Shown: piece after piece, positions 9,037 through 18,568 of the stretch
Layout: each line of letters begins with the position of its first letter
Position numbering within the stretch: position 1 is the stretch's first letter
DNA from: Candidatus Bathyarchaeota archaeon
Lineage (GTDB): Archaea > Thermoproteota > Bathyarchaeia > RBG-16-48-13 > GCA-020355125
Reading direction: 5' to 3'
DNA length: 64,000 nt
Assembly (NCBI GenBank): GCA_026015035.1
Contig: JAOZHB010000070.1
Span: forward strand, 15,473-79,472
Notes under the pieces: generated by a model
The model's input: only the letters and a program-made list of their open reading frames with translations
The model's database searches: none
Told to the model about the DNA's origin: nothing
Translations under genes and position numbers: made by a program

Positions 9037-10419
9037 ATGATTCCCCGTCGATATCCCCTAGAGGAATGGTTGATTCAAATGTCAACTCATCCACGAATAG
9101 CAGTCACGCCCCCCGGCCCGAAAACCAGAGACTTTCTGAAAAAGAGGTATTCTCTTCTTTCTCCACCCTCTGTCTCCTCTCCTCCCTTAATCGTAGAGTC
9201 AGCTGAAGACTGTGTTGTACGAGATGTGGATGGGAATGAATACATAGACTTCACCTCCTTTTCGTGTATTATGAATCTGGGTCACAGTCATCCCACTGTG
9301 CTGGAAGCAGTAAAACTGCAAAGCGAAAAGCTTCTTCACAGCACTCAAACCGTTTCCCACACGCTTCCTCTTGACTTAGCGGAAGCCCTCGTAAAAAAAG
9401 TTCCAGTCTCCCCCAAAAAAAAGGTCTTTTACGCAGCTAGCGAGTCAGAGGCGATTGAGTCCGCGATAAAACTCGTAAAATGGCACACCCGCCGAAACCG
9501 CTTTCTGGCTTTCACAGGGGCGTCTCATGGAACTACATTGGGAGCTTTAAGCCTTTCGGGAAGCGGGGTAACTAGACTAAGGCACTTCTCTCCCCTGCTT
9601 GGAGGCGTAGTCCACGTACCATATCCCTATTGTTACCGCTGTCCCTTCAAACAGGAGCTTCCCACATGTAACTATTGGTGTGTTGACTTCATAAAGGAGA
9701 ATGTTTTAACAAAACACCTTCCACCCGACGAGGTGGCCGCCGCCTTTTTTGAACCCATTCAATGGAAAGCTGGTTGTATCATTCCCCCATCAGACTATTT
9801 CCGGCGGCTGAAAAAGCTAGTGGATTCTTGGGGAATCATCTTAGTGGATGATGAGGCGTACACAGGCATGGGACGCACTGGGCGGTGGTTCGGAATTGAG
9901 CACTGGAAGGTGTATCCCGATGTGGTCTGCGTCGGAGGAGCCTTAGCGTCAGGTCTCCCTTTAGGGGCAGTGGTTTCCCGAGCGGAAGTTATGGATTGGG
10001 AGCCTGACGTCCACTCAAGCCTGTTCGGTGGAAACCCCTTAGCATGCGCCGCCGCTGTGATGGTTCTTACGGTCTTGCGGGAGGAAAACCTCGTTGAAAA
10101 TGGAGCTCGAATGGGGAATTATCTCCTGCGACGTCTTCTAGAGCTCAAAGAAAAATATACCGTAGTTGGGGACGTTCGAGGAAAGGGTTTGATGATCGGC
10201 ATTGAATTTGTGAAGGACAAGGAGACGAAAGAGCCAAACCCCGGGGTAGCGAAGAAAATAGTATTGGAAAACTGGAGACGAGGACTACTCTCCAGTAGAA
10301 ACAGTGAGGCGACTTTACTCCTTTCCCCACCCCTATCTATTACACGCGACCTCGTTGACAAGGGCTTGGAGCTCTTAGAAGGAAGTATAGCCTCGGCAAA
10401 CAGGGAAACCACAATCTAA
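9037..10419 (+). CDS. class-III (GabT/ArgD-like) aminotransferase homologue lacking the canonical PLP lysine
   Basis: PGPKTRDF, GHSHPTV, SESEAIESAIKL, DDEAYTGMGRTG and FGGNPLACAAA all fit the family. The segment PDVVCVGGALASGLPLGAV aligns with PD..T.AK.I..G.PL, placing Gly where the Schiff-base Lys belongs. An alternative start lies at 9079. Confidence 0.8.
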   Translation: MIPRRYPLEEWLIQMSTHPRIAVTPPGPKTRDFLKKRYSLLSPPSVSSPPLIVESAEDCVVRDVDGNEYIDFTSFSCIMNLGHSHPTVLEAVKLQSEKLLHSTQTVSHTLPLDLAEALVKKVPVSPKKKVFYAASESEAIESAIKLVKWHTRRNRFLAFTGASHGTTLGALSLSGSGVTRLRHFSPLLGGVVHVPYPYCYRCPFKQELPTCNYWCVDFIKENVLTKHLPPDEVAAAFFEPIQWKAGCIIPPSDYFRRLKKLVDSWGIILVDDEAYTGMGRTGRWFGIEHWKVYPDVVCVGGALASGLPLGAVVSRAEVMDWEPDVHSSLFGGNPLACAAAVMVLTVLREENLVENGARMGNYLLRRLLELKEKYTVVGDVRGKGLMIGIEFVKDKETKEPNPGVAKKIVLENWRRGLLSSRNSEATLLLSPPLSITRDLVDKGLELLEGSIASANRETTI

Positions 10420-10493
10420 ACCTTCGTCAATAAAGGGGACAGGAAAAACATCCACGCTTGATATTAATAGAAACTATCAACGGATGAAGAAGC

Positions 10494-11324
10494 ATGACGT
10501 CAATTAAAGCCAACGATCCCTCCACACTGGACGGTAAACAATACCATATCCAATGTAAAAAAGGAGATTTAGCAAAATACCTCCTCATTCCCGGAAACCC
10601 TGAACGGATTCCTAAAATTGTTGAAGGGTGGGAACAGTCAAGGGAAATATCCTATCACAGGGAATTTCACTCTTTTACAGGCAAGTATAAGGAAACCGAT
10701 ATCTCAGCGATCTCCAGTGGCATCGGTCCCGCATGCATGGCCATCGTGGTAAATGAAGCGACTGCCGTCGGGGTTGACACCTTCATCAGAGTGGGGAGCA
10801 CGGGTGCAATCAGGCAAGAAATCGAGTGTGGAGATTTGGTCATATCTTCAGCCGCTGTCCGATTAGATGGGGCCAGTCAAAGCTACGTACTTCCCGAATA
10901 CCCTGCGCACGCTAACTACGAAGTCTTAATGGCTCTCATAGAGGCCGCTGAAGGCTTGGATGTACGTTATCATGTGGGAATTACAGCGACCACCGCTGAC
11001 TTCTACGCTGGCCAGGAGAGGGACTCACCCCAAACCACTTTTCCCTCAGGGATGCACTCTATAATCAGAAACCTGCAAAAAGTTAATGTCCTCAACTTCG
11101 AGATGGAGTGCGCAACCCTCTTCACCCTAAGCACTCTCTTTAACAACCGTGCTGGAACGGTCTGTGCTGTCTATGCTAACCGGATTAAGAACGTTTTTGA
11201 CCCTGGGGCGGGGGAAGAAGATTGCATTCGGGTCGCTAACGAGGCAGTCTCTATTTTGAGGGACTGGGATGCCTGTAAGCAGACGCGTGGAAAGAAGCAT
11301 TTTTACCCAAGTCTACTAACATAA
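10494..11324 (+). CDS. nucleoside phosphorylase, uridine phosphorylase-like (PNP/UDP family 1)
   Basis: 276 aa: IPGNPERI, ISSGIGPACMAIVVNE, IRVGSTGA, NFEMECATLF. Confidence 0.8.
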   Translation: MTSIKANDPSTLDGKQYHIQCKKGDLAKYLLIPGNPERIPKIVEGWEQSREISYHREFHSFTGKYKETDISAISSGIGPACMAIVVNEATAVGVDTFIRVGSTGAIRQEIECGDLVISSAAVRLDGASQSYVLPEYPAHANYEVLMALIEAAEGLDVRYHVGITATTADFYAGQERDSPQTTFPSGMHSIIRNLQKVNVLNFEMECATLFTLSTLFNNRAGTVCAVYANRIKNVFDPGAGEEDCIRVANEAVSILRDWDACKQTRGKKHFYPSLLT

Positions 11325-11735
11325 ACTATCCCCACTAAACATTTTTTGTTTACAAGGACGCATGAAAAAAAGTAGCCGACTAATTGAAAGCACTTGAATA
11401 CGCCCTTGGTTTCCAGACCCATATTCCTTTGGAATAGCTTGTAGCATTGGAAAGGATTTTTTTATGGCTTGAAGTCAGGAAACTTCCCGCTATTAAGCTT
11501 TGAAGTCTTTACTCTCAACTACACCTGCTTCGTCGGTTGGTTTATCCACGTCTCTATCGAGTTAAAGAGGATAATTGTTTCAGTCACTAGTAGCTACGAT
11601 AATACGGTTAAGATGATGTTGGTCTTTACTGCCTCCATTTTTTAACGTTATATTCGATACAGATGCGTATCTTTTAATTACTCTAACTACAAAACGAAAA
11701 AATAGGGGAATAAGAGTGAGGAAGCCCCACACGCT

Positions 11736-12224
11736 TTAATTAACTTCTATGTTGAAGGGTAGCAACGCTGTAGCGGTATTTTCATGGTTCTTGATGGAGT
11801 AGGCGAAGTAACTCGTTACCGTGTGGGTATCTTTTACTAACTCTAACATTAGGGTATCAAGAGTCACAGCTTCTCCGATTTCAAACGGGTCTCCATCAAA
11901 GAGGTCTTGAAGGGTAAGCGTTTCGCCATCAATGACCCAAATCCGAGGAACAACCACGTTGACGACTTTTTCTTGGACATCTAAGACAAGGATACATCTT
12001 TCAACAACGGAGGCTTCACCTTCCAAGGTTTCTGGAACACCGTTTTTCAGGAATCGCCAAACGATGGCTTCTCGCCTCTTGAGTAGCCGCTTATCGCCTC
12101 GTCCCTCAAAGGTTTGAGGTGGGGCTTCCTCAGCAGAAACAGCTTGCAGTGACAGGACAATTCCCGATGCCACTACGACCACCATCAACGTCGCTATAAC
12201 TATTGCTTGCGTCTTTTTTTCCAT
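11736..12224 (-). CDS. hypothetical secreted or membrane-anchored protein
   Basis: 162-aa ORF with an N-terminal hydrophobic signal/anchor (AIVIATLMVVVVASGIVLSLQAVSA). No family recognised. Confidence 0.45.
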   Translation of the reverse strand: MEKKTQAIVIATLMVVVVASGIVLSLQAVSAEEAPPQTFEGRGDKRLLKRREAIVWRFLKNGVPETLEGEASVVERCILVLDVQEKVVNVVVPRIWVIDGETLTLQDLFDGDPFEIGEAVTLDTLMLELVKDTHTVTSYFAYSIKNHENTATALLPFNIEVN

Positions 12225-12299
12225 TTTTCAACCTACTATAACTCTCTTTAATGACATAAAATGGGTTTCTCACGCTTAGTATACACCAGTGGTGTATCT

Positions 12300-12632
12300 T
12301 CAGACGTCTTCGCTGAGGAGTTCACCTTCTATGTGAAGCAGCAACCCCATACGCTTCTCCCACTTCTGGTAAAACTGGTGTTGCCTAAAGGAGATGTAGA
12401 TGTTGTATAGAAGAGCAGCAATTATTCCGAGGGCTAAGAGTGTGTCAAAGGGGCCGCCCCTACGAAGGGTCGTAAGGAAGAACCGAGGGATGAATAAAAC
12501 GAAAAGGATGATTGTGGTGACTATACTCAGAAGGCTGCCGTTTCTGAACCGGTTCCACTCGTTGCTGATCTCCACGAGGAACTCGTGGAGCGTGCGAACG
12601 GGTAGGTCTCGAGTCTTCCTATCTTCACTCAA
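12300..12632 (-). CDS. hypothetical two-TM membrane protein
   Basis: 110 aa with two hydrophobic helices (LLSIVTTIILFVLFIPRFF, LLALGIIAALLYNIYI). It sits downstream of the wHTH gene on the same strand. Confidence 0.4.
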   Translation of the reverse strand: MSEDRKTRDLPVRTLHEFLVEISNEWNRFRNGSLLSIVTTIILFVLFIPRFFLTTLRRGGPFDTLLALGIIAALLYNIYISFRQHQFYQKWEKRMGLLLHIEGELLSEDV

Positions 12633-12693
12633 TTCTCTTCATCTCTTCCTTGACTTTTTCAAGTTAATAAGGCCTGTGCATCACTAGTGAATT

Positions 12694-12951
12694 CTAGAGT
12701 ATAGAGGATAGCACGCTACGGAGTTTTTCGTAGATGATTCGCCCATCGAGGGTGATGCTGCATTCACCGTCTTCTCCTTCGACGACTAGGCCCTTTTCGA
12801 TTAAGTAGGCGAGGTGCTTCTGGAAGTCGTCGTAGCTCAGTGTTGTGGCCCTTCTCCAGACATGGGTTCTAGGCTGGGTTTGTGGATTATAATACAGGTA
12901 CTCGAGGATCTCAAATCGGATTTGCACTAGCCCCTTCCTCGTCCTAGGCAT
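12694..12951 (-). CDS. small winged-helix DNA-binding protein
   Basis: 85 aa. The FEILEYLY...TTLSYDDFQKHLAYLIEKGLV pattern is typical of small archaeal wHTH regulators. Confidence 0.55.
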   Translation of the reverse strand: MPRTRKGLVQIRFEILEYLYYNPQTQPRTHVWRRATTLSYDDFQKHLAYLIEKGLVVEGEDGECSITLDGRIIYEKLRSVLSSIL

Positions 12952-13111
12952 CAGGCCTCCACCTTGTACCCTGATGGTTTTACTAAGCTTAATATAACTT
13001 CTGGGTTAAAATGGCGCGGTCAACTATACTGATGAAACGGGCCTTTCATAACAAAGCTTTTAGATTTATAAAGCATAGATTCAATCAGACAACATATTGG
13101 AATGATGCCTT

Positions 13112-14254
13112 TTGAAAATAGAGAGTGTTGAATCTTTCAAGCTTCGAACTCACTGCCACGTTGTGAAGATAGAGACGGACACGGGCATAATTGGCATCGG
13201 TGAATCTGGCTTCTGGGGATTCCCTGAGGGAACCGAAGGAATTCTTAAGCGTCTCACGAAGTATCTCTTAGGTAAGGACCCCCTTCGTATAGATCATCAC
13301 TGGCAGTACATCTATCGGAACAATCATCACCGAGGTGGCGCTCTCCACGGCGCACTCAGTGCCATCGACATCGCTCTCTGGGATATTAAGGGTAAATACT
13401 TCAACGCGCCAGTGTGGCAGCTTTTAGGTGGCAAATGCCGGGAGAAGGTTCGAGTCTACATGCATATACGAGGCGCCTCCAATGAAGAGTTGGCTGAAGA
13501 CGCTGAAGAGAAGGTAAGGCAAGGCTTTACCGCTGTCAGGTTCAGCCCTTTCGTACCCGCGTCGCAGAAGCTCACCCACTCCGCCCGGTTGAAGACAACG
13601 GTAAACCGCGTGAAAGCGGTGCGAGAGGCTGTGGGTGACGAGGTAGATGTCCTTATAGACGTTCACAACCGGTTAACACCCGATGAAGCCATAGTGCTGG
13701 GCAGGGAACTTGTGAAATACCGTCTTCTCTTCATAGAAGATCCTACCACACAGGACACGGTGGAGGCGATGGCCTACGTGGCGGCTAACTGTCTTGTTCC
13801 AGTAGCGACGGGTGAGCGACTGCACACCATCTTTGAATTCAAGTCCTTTCTTCATAGCAGGGCTTGCGCTTACATCCGCCCTGACATCTGTCTTGCAGGG
13901 GGAATAACGCAGACAAAGAAGATTGCTGCCATGGCAGAGGCCTACCAAGTCATCGCCGTTCCCCACAACCCCCTAAGCCCCATAAGCACAGCCGCCTGCG
14001 TCCAAATCGATGCTTGCGCTCCCAATTGTCTCATCCAAGAGTACACGGGCGACGGTTCACTTCCCGGCCAAGAGTGGAAGCGAGAGGTCGTGGAGGCTCC
14101 TCTCAAGCTTGAGAAAGGGTATCTACTTGTCCCTGATACGCCAGGCATCGGCATCACGTTAGATGAAAGGGGTGTGAAGAAGAACTTGAAAGAGTTCATG
14201 GAGCGACCCCTTGAGACCCCACTACATGAAGACGGCTCAGTAGCAGACAACTAA
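13112..14254 (+). CDS. enolase-superfamily acid-sugar dehydratase (D-galactonate/D-mannonate dehydratase-like)
   Basis: 380 aa with a TTG start. VKIETDTGIIGIGE, DIALWDIKGK..NAPVWQLLGG, then LIDVH...FIEDP...GER metal-ligand spacing. Confidence 0.72.
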   Translation: MKIESVESFKLRTHCHVVKIETDTGIIGIGESGFWGFPEGTEGILKRLTKYLLGKDPLRIDHHWQYIYRNNHHRGGALHGALSAIDIALWDIKGKYFNAPVWQLLGGKCREKVRVYMHIRGASNEELAEDAEEKVRQGFTAVRFSPFVPASQKLTHSARLKTTVNRVKAVREAVGDEVDVLIDVHNRLTPDEAIVLGRELVKYRLLFIEDPTTQDTVEAMAYVAANCLVPVATGERLHTIFEFKSFLHSRACAYIRPDICLAGGITQTKKIAAMAEAYQVIAVPHNPLSPISTAACVQIDACAPNCLIQEYTGDGSLPGQEWKREVVEAPLKLEKGYLLVPDTPGIGITLDERGVKKNLKEFMERPLETPLHEDGSVADN

Positions 14255-14258
14255 TCCT

Positions 14259-14648
14259 CTATTTTTTTATTTCATTCCCCGTGGAATCATGGTTCAACTG
14301 AGTTGTTTCATAAAAAGTGAGGTCTATCACCGCATTCCATGTATTACTAATGGATTGGCAAAAGCCTTGAAAACTTTCCTCATTTATCCACGAATCGGTT
14401 AGAAGGCAGTCTTCAATCATACGCCCATTCCATCGTTGCATCTCTCTCACCCTACACACCTCTCCAGTAGAGTGGCAGATCTCTGAGAACGACCCCACCT
14501 CAACACGTATATTTCCTTCATACTTACAGAGCAGTCTTACTACGAACTTCTGGTGAGACATAGGATAAGTTCCACTAGGACTTCCTGGGACGTTAATCAA
14601 AGGTGAAAAATAAGGCAGTAATAAAAACTCGACGTACATGGTGGACAC
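14259..14648 (-). CDS. hypothetical protein
   Basis: 129-aa ORF in a gap between genes, Cys-containing, no recognisable family. The start is uncertain; an internal Met gives about 100 aa. Confidence 0.3.
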   Translation of the reverse strand: MSTMYVEFLLLPYFSPLINVPGSPSGTYPMSHQKFVVRLLCKYEGNIRVEVGSFSEICHSTGEVCRVREMQRWNGRMIEDCLLTDSWINEESFQGFCQSISNTWNAVIDLTFYETTQLNHDSTGNEIKK

Positions 14649-14756
14649 GAAGGGCTACAATAATACGAGAGCTATAATAAACAGTAACCTTCAAGTATTC
14701 GCATTAAAATACGGATTTAGTTATAGGTCAGATGGAGAGAAAAACCGGGGCACGGG

Positions 14757-15302
14757 ATGTTGATCTTGATCTCCAACAATAAACGTAATAGATTAAGTAA
14801 CATTGTCCTCATCGGGATGCCCGGCTCAGGGAAATCAACTCTCGGACGGTCTCTCTCTCAAATGATGAATCTAGGCTTTCTTGACTGCGACAAGTATATT
14901 GAGCACAGGGAAGGGCAAACGTTACAACAGATAATTGACAGCAGAGGCGTTGAAGAATTCAAAAAAATAGAGGAAGCCAGGCTCTTGGAGATAGACTTGC
15001 GTCGTCATGTAATCGCTCCCGGAGGCAGCATCGTCTACTACCCCAAGGTCATAAATCATTTACGGGAATCATCCATCTTAGTTTTCTTAAACACTGCCTT
15101 ATACGAAATAAACATTAGATTAAACAACGCCTTCCAACGAGGAATCGTTGGATTGAAAACAAATACCCTTCGCCGCCTTTTTAATGAAAGGCAAGCCCTC
15201 TATATAAAATACGCAGATGTTGTAATCTACTGCACTGGTAAGTCAAAGAACCTGATCCTTGAGGAAATGTATCGCCTTCTCAAGGACAAGCTTAACTCTT
15301 GA
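14757..15302 (+). CDS. P-loop kinase, bacterial type-I shikimate kinase (AroK)-like
   Basis: IVLIGMPGSGKSTLGRSL...FLDCDKYIE...G..L..I....G...F..IE then APGGSIVY. This follows the AroK layout (Walker A, DxD, GGG lid). Confidence 0.6.
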   Translation: MLILISNNKRNRLSNIVLIGMPGSGKSTLGRSLSQMMNLGFLDCDKYIEHREGQTLQQIIDSRGVEEFKKIEEARLLEIDLRRHVIAPGGSIVYYPKVINHLRESSILVFLNTALYEINIRLNNAFQRGIVGLKTNTLRRLFNERQALYIKYADVVIYCTGKSKNLILEEMYRLLKDKLNS

Positions 15303-15356
15303 AAAATATTGCCGAAAAACGCGAATAGAGACGCTTTCCCCTTCTTAACTCCCATC

Positions 15357-15557
15357 TTATTCGGCTTCATCTAACGAAAAAATGTAGACATTTGGTGTCC
15401 AGCTGCCCGCTGATTTCTTACCGCATGTTCTACACGATCTTCGAACGCCCCTAACTCCAATCGTGTTGCCGTCGGAACTGATCCAAATAACTTTTCCTTC
15501 ATGATTACACTCCAGCTTGAAGATATCACCGTATTTCAAATTAATTACACCGTTCAA
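15357..15557 (-). CDS. hypothetical small protein
   Basis: 66-aa ORF with a CxxC (CRTCG). No family recognised. Confidence 0.3.
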   Translation of the reverse strand: MNGVINLKYGDIFKLECNHEGKVIWISSDGNTIGVRGVRRSCRTCGKKSAGSWTPNVYIFSLDEAE

Positions 15558-15921
15558 AAGAGTCTTTCTTCAAAAAACCTCTTCGTCTTTATCTAAAGTT
15601 TTTACGTCTACGAATGAGACTCCGGTAATTCTTAAAGGTTCTTATTCCTTTTTCTTCGACAGGATATTAACACGGGAGTATCCTCTTGTTCACTCTCCTT
15701 CACGTTACCCGTAAGTGGACTCACAAGTTCTCTCAAGACTTACAAGAGAAGCAAATCGTAAAACAAACTCTTCACGGTCTTACTCTACGCTCCTTCATAA
15801 GTAGACATCCACGAAACGCAATCATCCCCCACCTAAAAAGCCGTCTTCTATACAACACTTCACAATGCATCACCCCGCGAAAATAGGTCTTTAGCGATAC
15901 GCCATTAGTTGTATCTACACC

Positions 15922-15929
15922 AGCTAGCT
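15922..15929. repeat. AGCTAGCT palindrome, intergenic
   Basis: Read directly (ccAGCTAGCTaac) in the 546-bp gap between the 15357..15557 ORF and the PNPOx-family gene. Confidence 0.85.
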
Positions 15930-16103
15930 AACAACGTTTCTGCTTCTAAAAAGGAAATAACTCACGATAAATGCAGACGTCGTGAAGTGTGAAGCCGTGT
16001 CTTACGTGGGTAGGGAATTCGACTGGTATTTTATTATCTTCATTGTTTGGGTCATGAATCGCTTTTTTAATTACATTAACTTATATCATACGTTTACCTT
16101 CGA

Positions 16104-16595
16104 ATGACCGCGAGAGGAATGAGGATCATGTGCCGAGAGATGAGACGGAGTGATAAAGAAATGGATATGGAGGAGACAAAGATTTTTTTGAGGGACGCAC
16201 GGGTCGGCAGGTTGGCAATGTCTAAAGACGATGAACCCTATGTGATTCCCATCAACTTTGTCTACTTTAAAGAGAAGATTTACTTTCATTGCGCTAATGA
16301 GGGACAGAAGATTGGTTACTTGTCAATGAATTCTCTGGTTTGCTTCGAGGTGGACGCGTTTCTAGGCGTAAGAAAAGGGTGTACACCTTGTACCTCTACA
16401 GTGAAGTATAGAAGCGTAATCGCCTTTGGCAAAGCATCTTTCATTGAGGATGTTGACTTAAAAAAGGAGGCTCTAAGGCGCTTGGGTAAGAAGTATGGTG
16501 GGGCTTCATCTGGTTCCTTCGACGAAGGAACGTTTGAAAGGACTCTGCTTGTGGCGATAACTGTAGAGAGGATGACTGGAAAACAGAGTCTTTAG
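16104..16595 (+). CDS. pyridoxamine 5'-phosphate oxidase-family FMN-binding split-barrel protein
   Basis: RRSDKEM...FLRDARVGRLAM...DEPYVIPINFVY...IYFHCA..G.K pattern. The start is probably one of the internal Mets. Confidence 0.7.
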   Translation: MTARGMRIMCREMRRSDKEMDMEETKIFLRDARVGRLAMSKDDEPYVIPINFVYFKEKIYFHCANEGQKIGYLSMNSLVCFEVDAFLGVRKGCTPCTSTVKYRSVIAFGKASFIEDVDLKKEALRRLGKKYGGASSGSFDEGTFERTLLVAITVERMTGKQSL

Positions 16596-16815
16596 AAAGC
16601 TTGCCACCGTCAATACGTTTGTTGACTAGATATAACGACAGCGTGTCCATGGTTGAGATTGGTTAGATCATATTCTCAACCAGGGAATACAGATCTTGTA
16701 GACCTTATGACGTTAGATTTAGATTGGAACTCCAGAGGAATACCTCCCCTTTGTAGTTATGAAGTCTATCTTCAAGTCTATTAGAAGAGGTGGGGGCAGA
16801 GAAATGAAAGGAACT

Positions 16816-17832
16816 TTAGGACAAATTCAGGATTTCCTTTAAAACGGCTTTGTACGGCCCGAGTTTCCCTCCGTAGTTAGCAGCAGTAATCTTTACGACA
16901 CCTTTCATGGAAGACGCTGCTTTAATTCCCTCTGCCATAGCCGACTTAACCGCTTCAAGGGTCAACCCATTAGCCACTATCTCATGGACGCTGTTGACGT
17001 TGCTGGAAAGCTCTGAGTCAGAGATGCGTTCCCTCAGGGTAGGACAGAAGGGATGATTTGTTGAAGCAGTCAGCTTATACTTGAGGGAACCAACTTTGGA
17101 CCCGGAACGGCAGATTCCTCCGGGGAAGGGAAATATTACGCCGTCGACCTGTTCCGCTGCTTTAATAGCCGCATCAGCCGCTCTCAGGCCGGAACCGGCG
17201 TCCTTGGCTAAGATCAGGAGATTTCCTCCAGCCACCCCTCTCTTAACGCCGAAACGGTCTTCAATCACGAATTCGCCATCCATGACAGGAATTCTCCAAA
17301 TCGTCCGGTTCTCAAATATGTCTCGACGCTGGAATCCATCACCAAACAAACTTAAACTCCGTCCTACTTTCAGCCTCTTCACCGGGCTCTCTAAAGCATT
17401 GAAGGCAGACGTGGTTGGACACGTCATCACGCATTGACCGATCCTAGTGATCATCTGCGTCTTTAAGTTGTGACCTCGAAGATGATAGATCTGAATGAGG
17501 ACTCCAGGTCGCCCATCCACGGTCTCCTCCGGTAACACTTCTTTTTCGATTCCAGCTTCCGCGGGTGACATAATGACGGAGGCGGCGAAACCAGTTGCAG
17601 CCCTCGCAGCTGTTAAAGCCCATCCTCTGGTCTCCGCGGTGATTAGAATCCTCCCAAGCCACATAGGGAACATTTCGGCAAAGGTGTTTACTATCGTAAG
17701 CGTGTTTCCTGTCTGCTGATGCTTAACTATATAATCTCCATTTTCCTCTCGATCAACAACTTCAAGCCCATTTTCGCTTTCAGTGGCCTTTGACTCCGAC
17801 TCTCTCGTTGACATCCTCAAAACCGTTCTCAA
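16816..17832 (-). CDS. ftr: formylmethanofuran--tetrahydromethanopterin N-formyltransferase
   Basis: TFAEMFPMWLGRILITA, ATGFAASVIMSPAEAGIE, DGRPGVLIQI, RIGQCVMTCPTTSAFN, FGDGFQ, PVMDGEFVIED, GVAGGN, PFPGG and ANYGGKLG align along the full length of Ftr. It has about 40 extra N-terminal residues. Confidence 0.88.
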   Translation of the reverse strand: MRTVLRMSTRESESKATESENGLEVVDREENGDYIVKHQQTGNTLTIVNTFAEMFPMWLGRILITAETRGWALTAARAATGFAASVIMSPAEAGIEKEVLPEETVDGRPGVLIQIYHLRGHNLKTQMITRIGQCVMTCPTTSAFNALESPVKRLKVGRSLSLFGDGFQRRDIFENRTIWRIPVMDGEFVIEDRFGVKRGVAGGNLLILAKDAGSGLRAADAAIKAAEQVDGVIFPFPGGICRSGSKVGSLKYKLTASTNHPFCPTLRERISDSELSSNVNSVHEIVANGLTLEAVKSAMAEGIKAASSMKGVVKITAANYGGKLGPYKAVLKEILNLS

Positions 17833-18176
17833 TAATTCTTAGTCTTCTTTATTAGTTTTCTCAGTTGTAGTGTGATACTCGCTGTCTTCAAGGTTTGCTA
17901 GATAGCGCGCTTTTCTCTAGCCTTCGTTGTGATTTTCTGTGAGGCGTTTTCCTTATAGACGCAAGGTAGTTAACGAGCGCTCATCACATACATTTACGAC
18001 CGATCTCCAAAGAAAAAGACGGTGAAAAAATCGCGGTAAATATGGCCCAACGGCTTCATTATCTTTAATTTAACTCAACTATCCACTCTATATGCGTCTA
18101 ACAAGGACGTTTCTAATAAACACATATTCTTCACATTCAAAACATTTAAGAATGAGAAGCATCGTCATAAGAAACT

Positions 18177-18335
18177 ATGTCTAGAAGGGGATATCGAAGT
18201 CTTACGATTCCAGAGACTCTTTACATACAGCTTAAACAGTACGTTGAAGCCTCGCAGGGAAGATATGTATCCGTTTCGGAAGTGGTTAGAGAAGCCATAT
18301 GGGACCATCTAAAAAACAATTCCAGTCCAAGCTAA
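18177..18335 (+). CDS. ribbon-helix-helix (CopG-like) small DNA-binding protein
   Basis: 52-aa ORF below the ORF-track cutoff: MSRRGYRSLTIPETLYIQLKQYVEASQGRYVSVSEVVREAIWDHLKNNSSPS. It shows a beta-strand/helix/helix RHH pattern. Confidence 0.5.
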   Translation: MSRRGYRSLTIPETLYIQLKQYVEASQGRYVSVSEVVREAIWDHLKNNSSPS

Positions 18336-18568
18336 CTACTTCTCTTCAACGAGGTTAAATTCATTAAACGTATACCCATGTTCAGTAGCCTCTGGAAGGA
18401 TAACCTTAAAAAGCTTTTAAAGTTAAATAACGTGTTTCTTCAGCTGCTCTACATAATAAACTTTATAAAGTGCGTGTGTTTGCTAAATACGGTAATTTCG
18501 GAAAGAAAGGGTGCCTCTGCACGTATTTGAGAGTCCAGGTCTTCTGGATTATGACTTTTAGAAATTGC

